From contig OZ245049.1 of NCBI GenBank assembly GCA_965224465.1, positions 4,680,001 to 4,712,000 on the forward strand: a DNA stretch of 32,000 nt, read 5' to 3'. Under the pieces are notes generated by a model, which worked only from the letters and a program-made list of their open reading frames with translations, ran no database searches and was not told the origin of the DNA. Of the stretch, positions 1 to 8,464 are shown piece after piece. This DNA comes from Flavobacteriaceae bacterium (GTDB lineage: Bacteria > Bacteroidota > Bacteroidia > Flavobacteriales > Flavobacteriaceae). Each line of letters opens with the position of its first letter. Position 1 is the stretch's first letter. Position numbers and translations under genes: made by a program.

Positions 1-330
1 AAACAGCAGCAATCAGAGGAGGATTTAAACACAGAGCTCAAGCCTATTTCGAATGCAACTCTCAATGAAAAGGAACCTGCTAAACGAAAAAGAAGACAAG
101 CGACTGAAGAACAACTAAGCAATCCGTTTCATGGAGTCAAACTAGTGCAGGTTTTAGAACGCCTAGTCGCATTTTATGGATGGGAGTATCTTGGAGAGCG
201 TGTCAATATTCGCTGTTTCTTGTACAATCCTACGATGAAATCAAGCCTCGGTTTTTTAAGAAAAACCCCGTGGGCTCGATTGCATGTAGAGGATATTTAT
301 TTGGAGATGCTGGATGAAAAAGAGGCATAA
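1..330 (+). CDS. 3' part of a DUF2132/VF530-like small DNA-binding-domain protein (5' end outside window)
   Basis: Frame 1 is open from base 1 to the TAA at 328-330. The peptide ...GVKLVQVLERLVAFYGWEYLGERVNIRCFLYNPTMKSSLGFLRKTPWARLHVEDIYL matches, from memory, the DUF2132 signature (YGWE.L...I.CF..P..SSL.FLRKTPWAR..VE..YL). Confidence 0.6.
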   Translation, partial: KQQQSEEDLNTELKPISNATLNEKEPAKRKRRQATEEQLSNPFHGVKLVQVLERLVAFYGWEYLGERVNIRCFLYNPTMKSSLGFLRKTPWARLHVEDIYLEMLDEKEA

Positions 331-480
331 CACCAAACGGATGCTGTTTTTTAGAGATTAGATACAAGTATTAGTACATTTTATTTAAAAGAAATTAAAT
401 GAAGAAAATAATAATAAATTCGAAATTTACAGGCCATCAGAAATTACTTAATAACACTTTTACCAAGATTTAGTTTGTTT

Positions 481-570
481 GGGCGTTCCCCAAGAGGGTC
501 GGGCTATCCGCTATATCTTTTTTTTAAAAGAAAAAAAAGGATGCCGCTGCTATCCCTAACGCAAGGGGAG
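481..570. repeat. ~90-bp imperfect palindromic intergenic element
   Basis: Outer arms GCGTT / AACGC. Inner arms ATCTTTTTTTT / AAAAAAAAGGAT sit around a central AAAAG. GCTATCC is present in both halves. The GCGTTCCCCAAGAGGG box resembles GCGTTCCCAGAAGGG in the last unit of the 10055-11146 array. Confidence 0.3.
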
Positions 571-1077
571 TAGTGAATGTAGATGGTCGGATGGATGAGG
601 TGCTTGTTTCTCTTTTTTTTTGGTAAAAAAATAAGGGTGATTGTGTTTTCGGTTTTTAAGATTGTTTTTATCATTGGCTGTTTGCTTATTTATTTAAAAA
701 ATATACAGTTGCTTATTCGGTACTGTTTCCTGTCTTAAACAGTTCTAAGTAGGGGAGGGATTGGAAAAATAAATGAGATGCTGTTTTTATAACGTATTGC
801 GTATTAACGGTCGTGTTTGCTGTGTTTTTAATTTACACCCCTTTTTCTTGTTGTTAATTGTCTGTAAATAAAGGTTGTTGGGATTTGCGTATAACCTTTA
901 TTTATGTATCTTTGAAGTGCGAGGTGCTTTATATGACCTTGTTTATTAATAGTTTTAATAATGCTCCCTGTGCTGTGGATATGATGGAAATAACCTCAAG
1001 TTTAAGGTTTCTGTTGTGGATATATGGGTGTTATGTATGGTCAAGGCTAAACAGCACATTAATATAAAGAATCAACT

Positions 1078-2961
1078 ATGTATAAGGAAAGTCTATTTGA
1101 ATTAATAAGAAAAGAAGAAGTTGTGATTTGGGCTGGTGCTGGATTATCACTTTACGCTGGTTTTCCCTCAGGTAAAAAGCTTGGCGAAATCCTTCTTGAT
1201 AACTTATCTATATCTGAAAAAGAGAATATAAATGTTAATCTTCCTCTACCTAATTTAGCCGAAGAATTCTATAGGATTAAAAACCATAATAGAAACTCAT
1301 TAATCAGGATATTAAATCAAACATTCATAGACAAAAAACCAATATCTACAGAATGTCATCAGAATATTGCACTCATTCCTCATTTTAAAACCATTATAAC
1401 TACTAATTATGATACGTTATTTGAAAATGCTTACCAGCAAAATGGACAATTAGTATACTCTGTAAAGCATATACCATATCTTGAAAATGGTAAAACTCAA
1501 ATATTCAAAGCTCATGGTGATTTGCAAGAACCTGATAGTATAATAATAACATACTCTGACTACAACAAATTCTTCAAAATTAATAGTGAGAATGGTGTTT
1601 ATTGGACTGTTATAAAAGAAAGACTTTCTACTAACAATGTTCTGTTTTTGGGATACAATATTGAAGATCCTAATGTTTCTATAATATTTGATAAAATTAC
1701 TGATGAGTTAGGTTCAAACAGAAAAGAATGTTTTCTTGTAGCTCCCGATTTACCTCCACAAAAAGTTAATGACCTAATTAGAAAAGGTATTAACTATATC
1801 AATTCTACTGCTGAAGTCCTAATTTCTGAATTGCTTCAAAATTTAAAAGAAAATACAATTGCGGATATTGAAAAAGGTAAAACAACAGCAGACACCTTTC
1901 GTCATTTTCTGTCAAATATTGATTTACTACCCGAATTAAAAGCAGAAAAGGAGGGCTTTAAGGTAAAGTCAATTAAAGGAAATAATGATAAAGTTGAGGG
2001 GAAAATGAACCTAACTTTTAAAAATGATCCAGTTTTTATAAAGGAACTTAATGATTATGTAACAGGAAAAAAAATAGGAACTTTTGAAATCTTTGGGGAT
2101 AAGTTAATAAACGCTGATTTTTGGTATGGTGGATTGAAATTTCCAGCCTCAGAAGGTATTGCTAAACTCGAATTTAAGAGTTGTCCAAAAGTTAATACAT
2201 CTATAGATATTCGCTTTGAGGACGGATTTGAGATTACTGATCTACCTATAAAGTTATATGGTTCTCCATCAATAATTGAAATACACGCTGAATTTAAAAA
2301 TGCTGATCTTATTGTCAATCTTAACTTGGAGACCTTACCTGAAACAAAGGTGAATTTTAACTATACGCATAAAGAAATTTGCAATAATGTAAGAGATGAA
2401 ATCGAACTATTTACCTTCTTAAAAAAATTAGGTGAAGGTGAAATATTTACTGTCTTCGCAAAATCGGGAGAAGTTTTCGAAAAATCTTTTCCAATTATGA
2501 AACCATTACAAGATGAAGGATATTTCTTTCTCAATTATTTTAACAACCTCAAAAAGATAGAACAATATTATAAGTTGCGTTTTTCCAATATAAGTATTCA
2601 TTCTGTGACAGATTCGGTAATTAAGAAAGTTGAATTATTAATTACAGTTATTAATGGTGAAAAAGTTGAATATGATTGGAATGATGAATTGACGCTGAAT
2701 TTATTTGATGGTTATGATGAAAATATTGAACAATTAAGGCAAGTTAATGAGATAAATGCTCCTGTAGTTGCGCATCATAAAGTTGAAGAGATAATAGATC
2801 TACATGGGCATGAAATAAATATAGGATATAAAAAGGTTGAATTTTTAGAGTCTTATGTGTCTAACTTGCAGGAAATAATTGATATGAAAGAAGATGTAGT
2901 TAAAATGAAAAGCAAGTGTGATAAAATTTTAATTTCTTACACTAAAGAAGATGATGAATGA
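1078..2961 (+). CDS. SIR2_2-family (defence-type sirtuin-like, putative NADase) protein with an unassigned ~350-aa C-terminal domain
   Basis: 627-aa ORF with an ATG start. N-terminal motifs VVIWAGAGLSLYAGFPSG, IITTNYDTLFE, FKAHGDL...IITYSDY and VLFLGYNIEDPNV are typical of the SIR2_2 (PF13289-like) fold. I recognise no motif in the C-terminal half. Confidence 0.8.
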   Translation: MYKESLFELIRKEEVVIWAGAGLSLYAGFPSGKKLGEILLDNLSISEKENINVNLPLPNLAEEFYRIKNHNRNSLIRILNQTFIDKKPISTECHQNIALIPHFKTIITTNYDTLFENAYQQNGQLVYSVKHIPYLENGKTQIFKAHGDLQEPDSIIITYSDYNKFFKINSENGVYWTVIKERLSTNNVLFLGYNIEDPNVSIIFDKITDELGSNRKECFLVAPDLPPQKVNDLIRKGINYINSTAEVLISELLQNLKENTIADIEKGKTTADTFRHFLSNIDLLPELKAEKEGFKVKSIKGNNDKVEGKMNLTFKNDPVFIKELNDYVTGKKIGTFEIFGDKLINADFWYGGLKFPASEGIAKLEFKSCPKVNTSIDIRFEDGFEITDLPIKLYGSPSIIEIHAEFKNADLIVNLNLETLPETKVNFNYTHKEICNNVRDEIELFTFLKKLGEGEIFTVFAKSGEVFEKSFPIMKPLQDEGYFFLNYFNNLKKIEQYYKLRFSNISIHSVTDSVIKKVELLITVINGEKVEYDWNDELTLNLFDGYDENIEQLRQVNEINAPVVAHHKVEEIIDLHGHEINIGYKKVEFLESYVSNLQEIIDMKEDVVKMKSKCDKILISYTKEDDE

Positions 2962-3171
2962 ATAACGCCCAGCCCATAACAAAAGTTAAATTTCATGGGC
3001 GCTGATGTGTCGTTTGAAAGTTTAGTGCAATTAATAAATACCAGCAAGCCAATTAAATGGGTTTGCTTAAAATTATAAATTTAATCGACTTGCTTATTTG
3101 GCGCATTGATAAGATTACTCTTTGAAATCGCCCACGACCTTTGCAAGACCGTTACCTGCAAGCTGAAAAAA

Positions 3172-3891
3172 ATGAAGATAAATACTGAAAACATAAAACA
3201 AATGATTTTTCTTCCTCAGGACTTTTTTAAATCTGAAAATTTACTTGAACGGCTAGATAACCAATTTCTTAATCTAAGGATAAATTTAAAAAATAAAAAT
3301 CGTTCAGAAGCAAAGAATGAACTTAATGCCTTTTATCAAATATGTTTGATTAGCGTTAAAATAGAAGAAATTCTTTTAAATGTTCATTTATTTATGTTTG
3401 ACTCACTTATAGAATATTCTAAGCAATTTGAAAGTATTGAAACTTTAAATAATATAATAAAGGCAATAGAAAGTCCTGAATTAAAAGGTAAATTATTTTC
3501 TAAATTACCAATTAAATCTAAAATTCTATATGCACAAGTTCTATTCTACCGTTATGAATTAGAAAACCGAAAGTGTGATGGTAAATTTTCTAAAGAAACA
3601 ACTGATTTTTTATTGAAGTCAAAATTTTATCTTCTTAAAGTTTACACTCAGCATATAGAATTAAAAATTACTCTTTCAGAAAATCAATTATCAACCTGTT
3701 TGTCATATTTATCTATTTGCTTATCTCGGCTATCTAGATGGTTTGAGCCTATTTATTATCTGGAATTAATTAATCAAGAAAACAATCCGAACATAGATTA
3801 TCTATACGCTATAAATTTAGATGCTATAAAAAAGAAAACTTGTTTGAATTATAACTTAAATTCAACTAATAAACGCAACTTTTCGATTTGA
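3172..3891 (+). CDS. hypothetical, predicted mostly helical protein; native 3' end replaced by IS30 sequence
   Basis: ORF in the track runs 3106-3891 (TTG start). The first ATG is at 3172 (MKINTENIK...). The last ~10 codons (NSTNKRNFSI*) lie inside the left inverted repeat of the IS. No recognisable domain. Confidence 0.5.
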   Translation: MKINTENIKQMIFLPQDFFKSENLLERLDNQFLNLRINLKNKNRSEAKNELNAFYQICLISVKIEEILLNVHLFMFDSLIEYSKQFESIETLNNIIKAIESPELKGKLFSKLPIKSKILYAQVLFYRYELENRKCDGKFSKETTDFLLKSKFYLLKVYTQHIELKITLSENQLSTCLSYLSICLSRLSRWFEPIYYLELINQENNPNIDYLYAINLDAIKKKTCLNYNLNSTNKRNFSI

Positions 3892-4975
3892 TTCTATGAT
3901 GGTTATATTTTCAAAACAGAAAAGTAGGAAAACCTACCTTTCTTGTCTTGATGGATATGTATCTTACGGTCTCAAATCTCGAAAAAAGAAGTTGTATGAA
4001 ACACATCACCCAAGCGCAAAGATACACAATTTGTTGCATGTTAAAACAAGGTTATAAACAGGTTGAGATAGCAGCTGCTATAGGAAAAGACAAGTCTGTT
4101 ATTAGCAAAGAGATTAAGCGTAATTCAGACAAAAGAAATGGAGTTTACAAGCATGAATTAGCCCAAAAAAAGTATGCTAAACGTCATAAAGAAAAGCCTA
4201 AAAGAAAACGCTTTACAGAAGATATTCAACAAGCAATAGAGTTGTTATTGCGAGACGATTATAGTCCTGAGCAAGTAGTTGGTGTCCTAAAAAAACAAGG
4301 TAAAGAAACGGTGTCTATTGAGCGTATATATCAGCATATTAGGGAAGACAAGAGGAATGATGGTGATTTACATACACACCTTCGCAGACAGGGAAGGAGA
4401 TATAGAAAACGTGGCTCATCAAAGGATTCTAGAGGGGTTATAAAGAATCGTATTAGTATAGAACAACGCCCTGAAGTTGTTGAACAAAGAAATCGATTTG
4501 GAGATTTAGAGGTCGATTTAATCATAGGTAAAAACCATAATCAAGCCATACTTACCGTAAATGATAGAGCTTCTGGAATGCTTAAAATGAAAAAAGTAAG
4601 CTCTAAAGAAGCAGTTGTTGTCACTAAAGCTATCAATGAAATATTAGAAGACTGGAAGCCTTATCTACATACTATAACAGCTGATAATGGAAAAGAATTT
4701 GCAGGCCATGAGCAGGTTGCAGAAAATTTATGTATTGATTACTTTTTTGCGCATCCATATCACTCTTGGGAAAGAGGATCTAACGAAAATTTAAATGGTT
4801 TGATTAGACAATATTTTGCCAAAGGAAGTGACTTTACAAACCTAACAGATCAAAGAATCAAAGAGGTAGAAACAAAATTAAATAACAGACCTAGGAAGAG
4901 ACATAAATATCAAAACCCTATATTTGTAATGGAACAATTATTATTTAACTAAAAGTTGCGTTTGTGACTTGAATT
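3859..4975 (+). mobile_element. IS30-family insertion sequence (~1.1 kb)
   Basis: Imperfect terminal inverted repeats: caactaataaacgcaactttt (3863-3883) versus the reverse complement of 4951-4971, caagtcacaaacgcaactttt (18/21). Both are flanked by AATT (3859-3862 and 4972-4975), which is either a target duplication or part of the IR. The element encloses a single IS30-type transposase ORF. Confidence 0.8.
3996..4952 (+). CDS. IS30-family DDE transposase
   Basis: N-terminal HTH (ITQAQRYTICCMLKQGYKQVEIAAAIGKDKSVISKEIKRN) and a DDE core (DLEVDLI..., TITADNGKEF, NENLNGLIRQYF) are typical of IS30 transposases. Alternative upstream starts at 3948 (TTG), 3951 and 3957 (ATG). Confidence 0.9.
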   Translation: MKHITQAQRYTICCMLKQGYKQVEIAAAIGKDKSVISKEIKRNSDKRNGVYKHELAQKKYAKRHKEKPKRKRFTEDIQQAIELLLRDDYSPEQVVGVLKKQGKETVSIERIYQHIREDKRNDGDLHTHLRRQGRRYRKRGSSKDSRGVIKNRISIEQRPEVVEQRNRFGDLEVDLIIGKNHNQAILTVNDRASGMLKMKKVSSKEAVVVTKAINEILEDWKPYLHTITADNGKEFAGHEQVAENLCIDYFFAHPYHSWERGSNENLNGLIRQYFAKGSDFTNLTDQRIKEVETKLNNRPRKRHKYQNPIFVMEQLLFN

Positions 4976-4989
4976 CAGCCAATATATAC

Positions 4990-5829
4990 ATGACAAAACC
5001 ACAAACCATACAAATATTCTTGCCCGATGGTTCTCCAACGAGTATACGTGAAGCTGAAATAACCACTAGATTGGTGAAAGCTATTTTATTTCCTAGAAAT
5101 AAGATGGAAGAAGTATCAAAACGTAAAATGGTGCACTATACAGGTGTCTACTTTTTGTTTGGTTATACAGAAGACGGAGCAAAGCCAATGGTATACATCG
5201 GAGAAGGAGAAGATTGCTTTACACGTATACAATCACATAATAGGAAAAAAGATTTTTGGACGCACTGTGTTATTATTGCTGCTAAAACAGATGAGTATAC
5301 CAAAACCGATGGTAAATACTTAGAGCATTATTGTCTGTCAAAAGCAAAAGAAATTGGGCGTTATTCTATTGATAACGATACGGGTTCTAAAAAGCCATCA
5401 ATATCTGAAAGTAGAGAGTATGATTTATTGGACAGTTTTGATACTGCTAAAATATTATTAGCAACATTGGGATTTCCTATTTTTGAAGAAAAGCGTAAAG
5501 TAAAAAGCAAAAAAGAACTTTTTTATTGTCAGAGTAAAAACGTTTCAGCTATTGGTGAATTAACAGATGATGGTTTTTTAGTGTACAAAGATGGAGAATC
5601 AACTGTAGAAGAAACCAAAGGAATGAATAAATGGATTGGGATTCTAAGAAAACGTTTAATAGATGAAGGGATCCTTAAGAAAGTGAACGAGGTGTATATA
5701 TTTCAACAAGATTACATTTTTAATTCGCCTAGTGCTGCTGCCGCTACAATTTTAGGGCGTTCTGCAAATGGTTGGATGTCTTGGAGAGATGAAAACGGGT
5801 TAACGTTAGATGAATTAAAGAGGAAATAG
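4990..5829 (+). CDS. GIY-YIG nuclease-family protein with C-terminal DUF4357-like domain
   Basis: GIY-YIG core GVYFLFG...MVYIGEGEDCFTRIQSH...FW. C-terminal FNSPSAAAATILGRSANGWMSWRDENGLTLDEL matches the DUF4357 signature from memory. ATG at 4990 (MTKPQTIQIFLPDG). The track ORF begins at 4969, inside or adjacent to the IS right end. Confidence 0.75.
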   Translation: MTKPQTIQIFLPDGSPTSIREAEITTRLVKAILFPRNKMEEVSKRKMVHYTGVYFLFGYTEDGAKPMVYIGEGEDCFTRIQSHNRKKDFWTHCVIIAAKTDEYTKTDGKYLEHYCLSKAKEIGRYSIDNDTGSKKPSISESREYDLLDSFDTAKILLATLGFPIFEEKRKVKSKKELFYCQSKNVSAIGELTDDGFLVYKDGESTVEETKGMNKWIGILRKRLIDEGILKKVNEVYIFQQDYIFNSPSAAAATILGRSANGWMSWRDENGLTLDELKRK

Positions 5830-5939
5830 CTTATATTTTAAATGAATCAATCTAAGTTTAGGATAGTATCTAATAATAAATTAAGTTTGCTTTGTCTAAA
5901 TCAAAAATTTCGCCATGTGCCAATCTATAATTTTTGACA

Positions 5940-8390
5940 ATGACAACAGTACAAATAAAAAATAATGCTCAAGAAGCGTTTAACAACAAGGATTACCCAA
6001 AAGCTTTTAATACTTTATGGAAGCTTGGTGTAGTTGGTTTTTTAGAGTTTTCTCAAAGTGAAGACCGTAGGACTAAAAAACAGAACTGGTTAGCTATTAA
6101 CTGGAAAAAGCAGAATACTAAGGGCTATCGCTATTTTTGGGATACCTTTATCTTGCAAGAAAATGTGTTTTCAGCTTGTTTTTCTTCCCAAAGACCGGTG
6201 GAGTTACTGCACAATTATTTTTCAAAAACAATTATTTTTAATGAGGCGTTTGAAACAAAATTAGCCAAAGAATACCCGCGTATTTTTGTGGAAGCTATTC
6301 GGAAAAATGAAGTTTTTTTCAGAGAGGATCGTATTGATTTTTTGCTAAAGGAAGGTTTGTTAGTGGATGAGTTTGTAATTCATCAAGATGTTTGGGAGTC
6401 TTTTCAAAGCGTAGAATTAGAACTCTGGAATCAAATTGAGTCCACAATAGTTATAATTGAAAAATACCCTTTAGAGCATATTTTGTTTTATACCGTAGGC
6501 TATTTTGAAACTAAAAATTACGAAGCTGCTTTTGATCTCCCAAATCAGACTTATTTAGCGGAGGGCTATAGTTTTTTTATAGACTTAATTTTAAGAAATC
6601 CGAAGGTAAAGCAACAAGGTTTTAGCACAGAACAATTTGAGAAGGGCTTTATTCTAACTATTTTTAAAAATAAAGATTTGGAACTTGAAAACGCCATATC
6701 TAAATGTCTTAATCTGATTATGAATAGACAAGGTCTTAATTCTAGTTTTTTTCAGACCTACTGTTTTAACGCTGATTTTGTTCCAAAATATATTTATGAA
6801 TCTTTATGTTTTTATGAGTCTCCAGAATCTCAATACCAGTGGAATGTTGATGAATTTCGCTATAAAGTAAACGAAGAAGTTTATAAGGAAAAGGGAACTC
6901 TTATCGTTGAAAGGCAATTGGAAAACGGAATGCTAATTCCAGGTATAGATGAAGCACATTATTTAAATAATAAGCGTTTAGCATGCAATTTACAAGCTGT
7001 TATTACAGTTTTGAACGATTTGAAATTATCACATTTTAATTCTAAAAACGTAAAAGTTACACCTGTAGCTGTTATAAAACCATTATATGTATATGCTTTT
7101 AATAGATTGGTGAGATATTACGAAGGGTTAAGAAACATACAACAGAGTCCGCCTAAATCCGTAAATAGTTGGAAAACGGCACTTTTGGAACTGGTACGTA
7201 CTCATAGAAAAGGCTACCAACTTCCTTTTGTCTATACATCAAAACAGGAGTATTTTGATTTGAATATAAAAGCAGACAAGGAATTTGACCTAGCAACGAG
7301 TAATCAAGTGTTAAATCAATTTGGATTAAATAGAGTGGGATTAAAACCATTTGATCGTTTTAATTTAAAGTACGCTGTGATAGATACTCCCTTTATATTA
7401 TTAGGAGATTATATATTTAGTCCTGTATTATTTTTTACCAGTTTTACAAGTCAAAACGTATATGTAAAATCCTTACTTCAAAACGATAACAGACGTACTG
7501 CAAGTGATATTGAAAACGTATTAGAAGATTTATTAGTAGCACATGGGCTTGAGATAAAGCACCCAAGTAACAAAGAAGTAAGTTTAATTAATGGGGATGC
7601 AGACCTAATTGTTTCTGATGATAATAATGTCTTATTAATTCAATTAAAACGAACAAGTTTAAGGTTAGATTATAAAGCGCAATATTATGAGCATATACAT
7701 ACAGATTTAAAAGCTGCGAATCAGTTGAATAATGCGGAACAGTATTTTACAACTGAAAACCCTGTATTTGACTTAAAAAACAGGAAAGTAACAAAATGGA
7801 TTGTTTCTAATTCCTTTGAAAAAGTAAATACAGAGATTAACAACTGCTTAAAAGTGAATTATTTAGATCTTGTCAATGTTTTAAGTAATACTGAAGGAAT
7901 GACCTTTAAAACGCTGCCTGATTTTATTTCTTTTTTTGAGGAGGATACCTACTTTAATTCCATTGCTAAAGAATTAATAGAAGGGAATACTATGTTTAAA
8001 GGATTGTTTTCAATATCAAACACAAAACATCGTAATTTCTCATGGAAACACTTTGATGAAGTAAAAGCAACTAAGTACCGTCATTACTATGATAAGGGGA
8101 TAGAATTGAGCGAAAAAGGATATCATAAAAATGCGATCAAGTCACTTAATGAGTGTTTAAAGTTAGAAAATGAAGATTTTGAAGTGCATGGTGTTATAGC
8201 AAATGTTTATGCAGATTTAAAGAATTATAAAAAGGCGTTTTTTCATTATGAAAAAGCCTTAGAAATTGTTCCTAATGAACCTCTAGTACTTAAAAATTAT
8301 GCATATACATTAGCAGAGTCTGGGGATCAAAAAGGGGTGGACTTAGCGAATCAAATGATTAATAATTACCCCTTTTTAAGTTTAATGTAA
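5940..8390 (+). CDS. large uncharacterised protein (816 aa) with a PD-(D/E)xK-like nuclease motif and C-terminal TPR repeats
   Basis: Long uninterrupted ORF. Motif ...DIENVLEDLL...GDADLIVSDDNNVLLIQLKR (nt ~7594-7653) has the spacing of a restriction-endonuclease-like D...(E/Q)xK core. The last ~100 aa (YDKGIELSEKGYHKNAIKSLNECLKLENEDFEVHGVIANVYADLKNYKKAFFHYEKALEIVPNEP...) are TPR-like. No family name recognised. Confidence 0.6.
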   Translation: MTTVQIKNNAQEAFNNKDYPKAFNTLWKLGVVGFLEFSQSEDRRTKKQNWLAINWKKQNTKGYRYFWDTFILQENVFSACFSSQRPVELLHNYFSKTIIFNEAFETKLAKEYPRIFVEAIRKNEVFFREDRIDFLLKEGLLVDEFVIHQDVWESFQSVELELWNQIESTIVIIEKYPLEHILFYTVGYFETKNYEAAFDLPNQTYLAEGYSFFIDLILRNPKVKQQGFSTEQFEKGFILTIFKNKDLELENAISKCLNLIMNRQGLNSSFFQTYCFNADFVPKYIYESLCFYESPESQYQWNVDEFRYKVNEEVYKEKGTLIVERQLENGMLIPGIDEAHYLNNKRLACNLQAVITVLNDLKLSHFNSKNVKVTPVAVIKPLYVYAFNRLVRYYEGLRNIQQSPPKSVNSWKTALLELVRTHRKGYQLPFVYTSKQEYFDLNIKADKEFDLATSNQVLNQFGLNRVGLKPFDRFNLKYAVIDTPFILLGDYIFSPVLFFTSFTSQNVYVKSLLQNDNRRTASDIENVLEDLLVAHGLEIKHPSNKEVSLINGDADLIVSDDNNVLLIQLKRTSLRLDYKAQYYEHIHTDLKAANQLNNAEQYFTTENPVFDLKNRKVTKWIVSNSFEKVNTEINNCLKVNYLDLVNVLSNTEGMTFKTLPDFISFFEEDTYFNSIAKELIEGNTMFKGLFSISNTKHRNFSWKHFDEVKATKYRHYYDKGIELSEKGYHKNAIKSLNECLKLENEDFEVHGVIANVYADLKNYKKAFFHYEKALEIVPNEPLVLKNYAYTLAESGDQKGVDLANQMINNYPFLSLM

Positions 8391-8464
8391 TAATAGGTTT
8401 GTAATAGTAAGTTTATAAGTATCGATTTAATTATCCGAGAGGATCAATTTTAAATTAATTCGAT

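Noticed and set aside
340-362. GATGCTGTT-containing ~24-nt similarity between 340-362 and 11399-11420 (plus a third GATGCTGTTTTT at 777-788) as island-flanking direct repeats
   Set aside because: Identity is only about 20 of 24 with a gap, in AT-rich sequence. The right-hand copy overlaps the stop codon of the 11410 gene and lies beyond the tRNA. I cannot distinguish it from chance without genome-wide statistics.
752-768. GGGGAGGGATTGGAAAA as a partial tRNA-Ser 3' copy (distal att site of the island)
   Set aside because: Only about 11 of 12 core positions match GAGGGATTCGAA. This is far shorter and weaker than a usual att duplication, and the same G-rich motif occurs in the tandem units.
858-1067. 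69-aa ORF upstream of the SIR2 gene
   Set aside because: It lies in GT-skewed non-coding-looking DNA, has odd composition (Cys/Trp/Tyr-rich), no recognisable motif and a non-ATG start in the track.
1078-2961. Calling the SIR2 protein ThsA (Thoeris) or SIR2-APAZ (SPARSA)
   Set aside because: There is no TIR-domain ThsB and no short pAgo gene nearby, and I could not see a SLOG-like motif in the C-terminal half. An APAZ-like fold cannot be excluded from sequence alone, so it is left unassigned.
3106-3171. TTG-initiated 5' extensions proposed by the ORF track (3106, 3948, 4969, 5934, 12171, 28216)
   Set aside because: In each case an in-frame ATG lies shortly downstream and gives a more typical N-terminus. 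The 4969 start lies inside or adjacent to the IS30 right end. They are kept only as alternatives in the feature evidence.
2055-7350. Short antisense ORFs 2055-2318, 4331-4525 and 7153-7350
   Set aside because: They are embedded antisense in longer, better-supported ORFs (SIR2, IS30 transposase, the 816-aa gene), and none has a recognisable motif.
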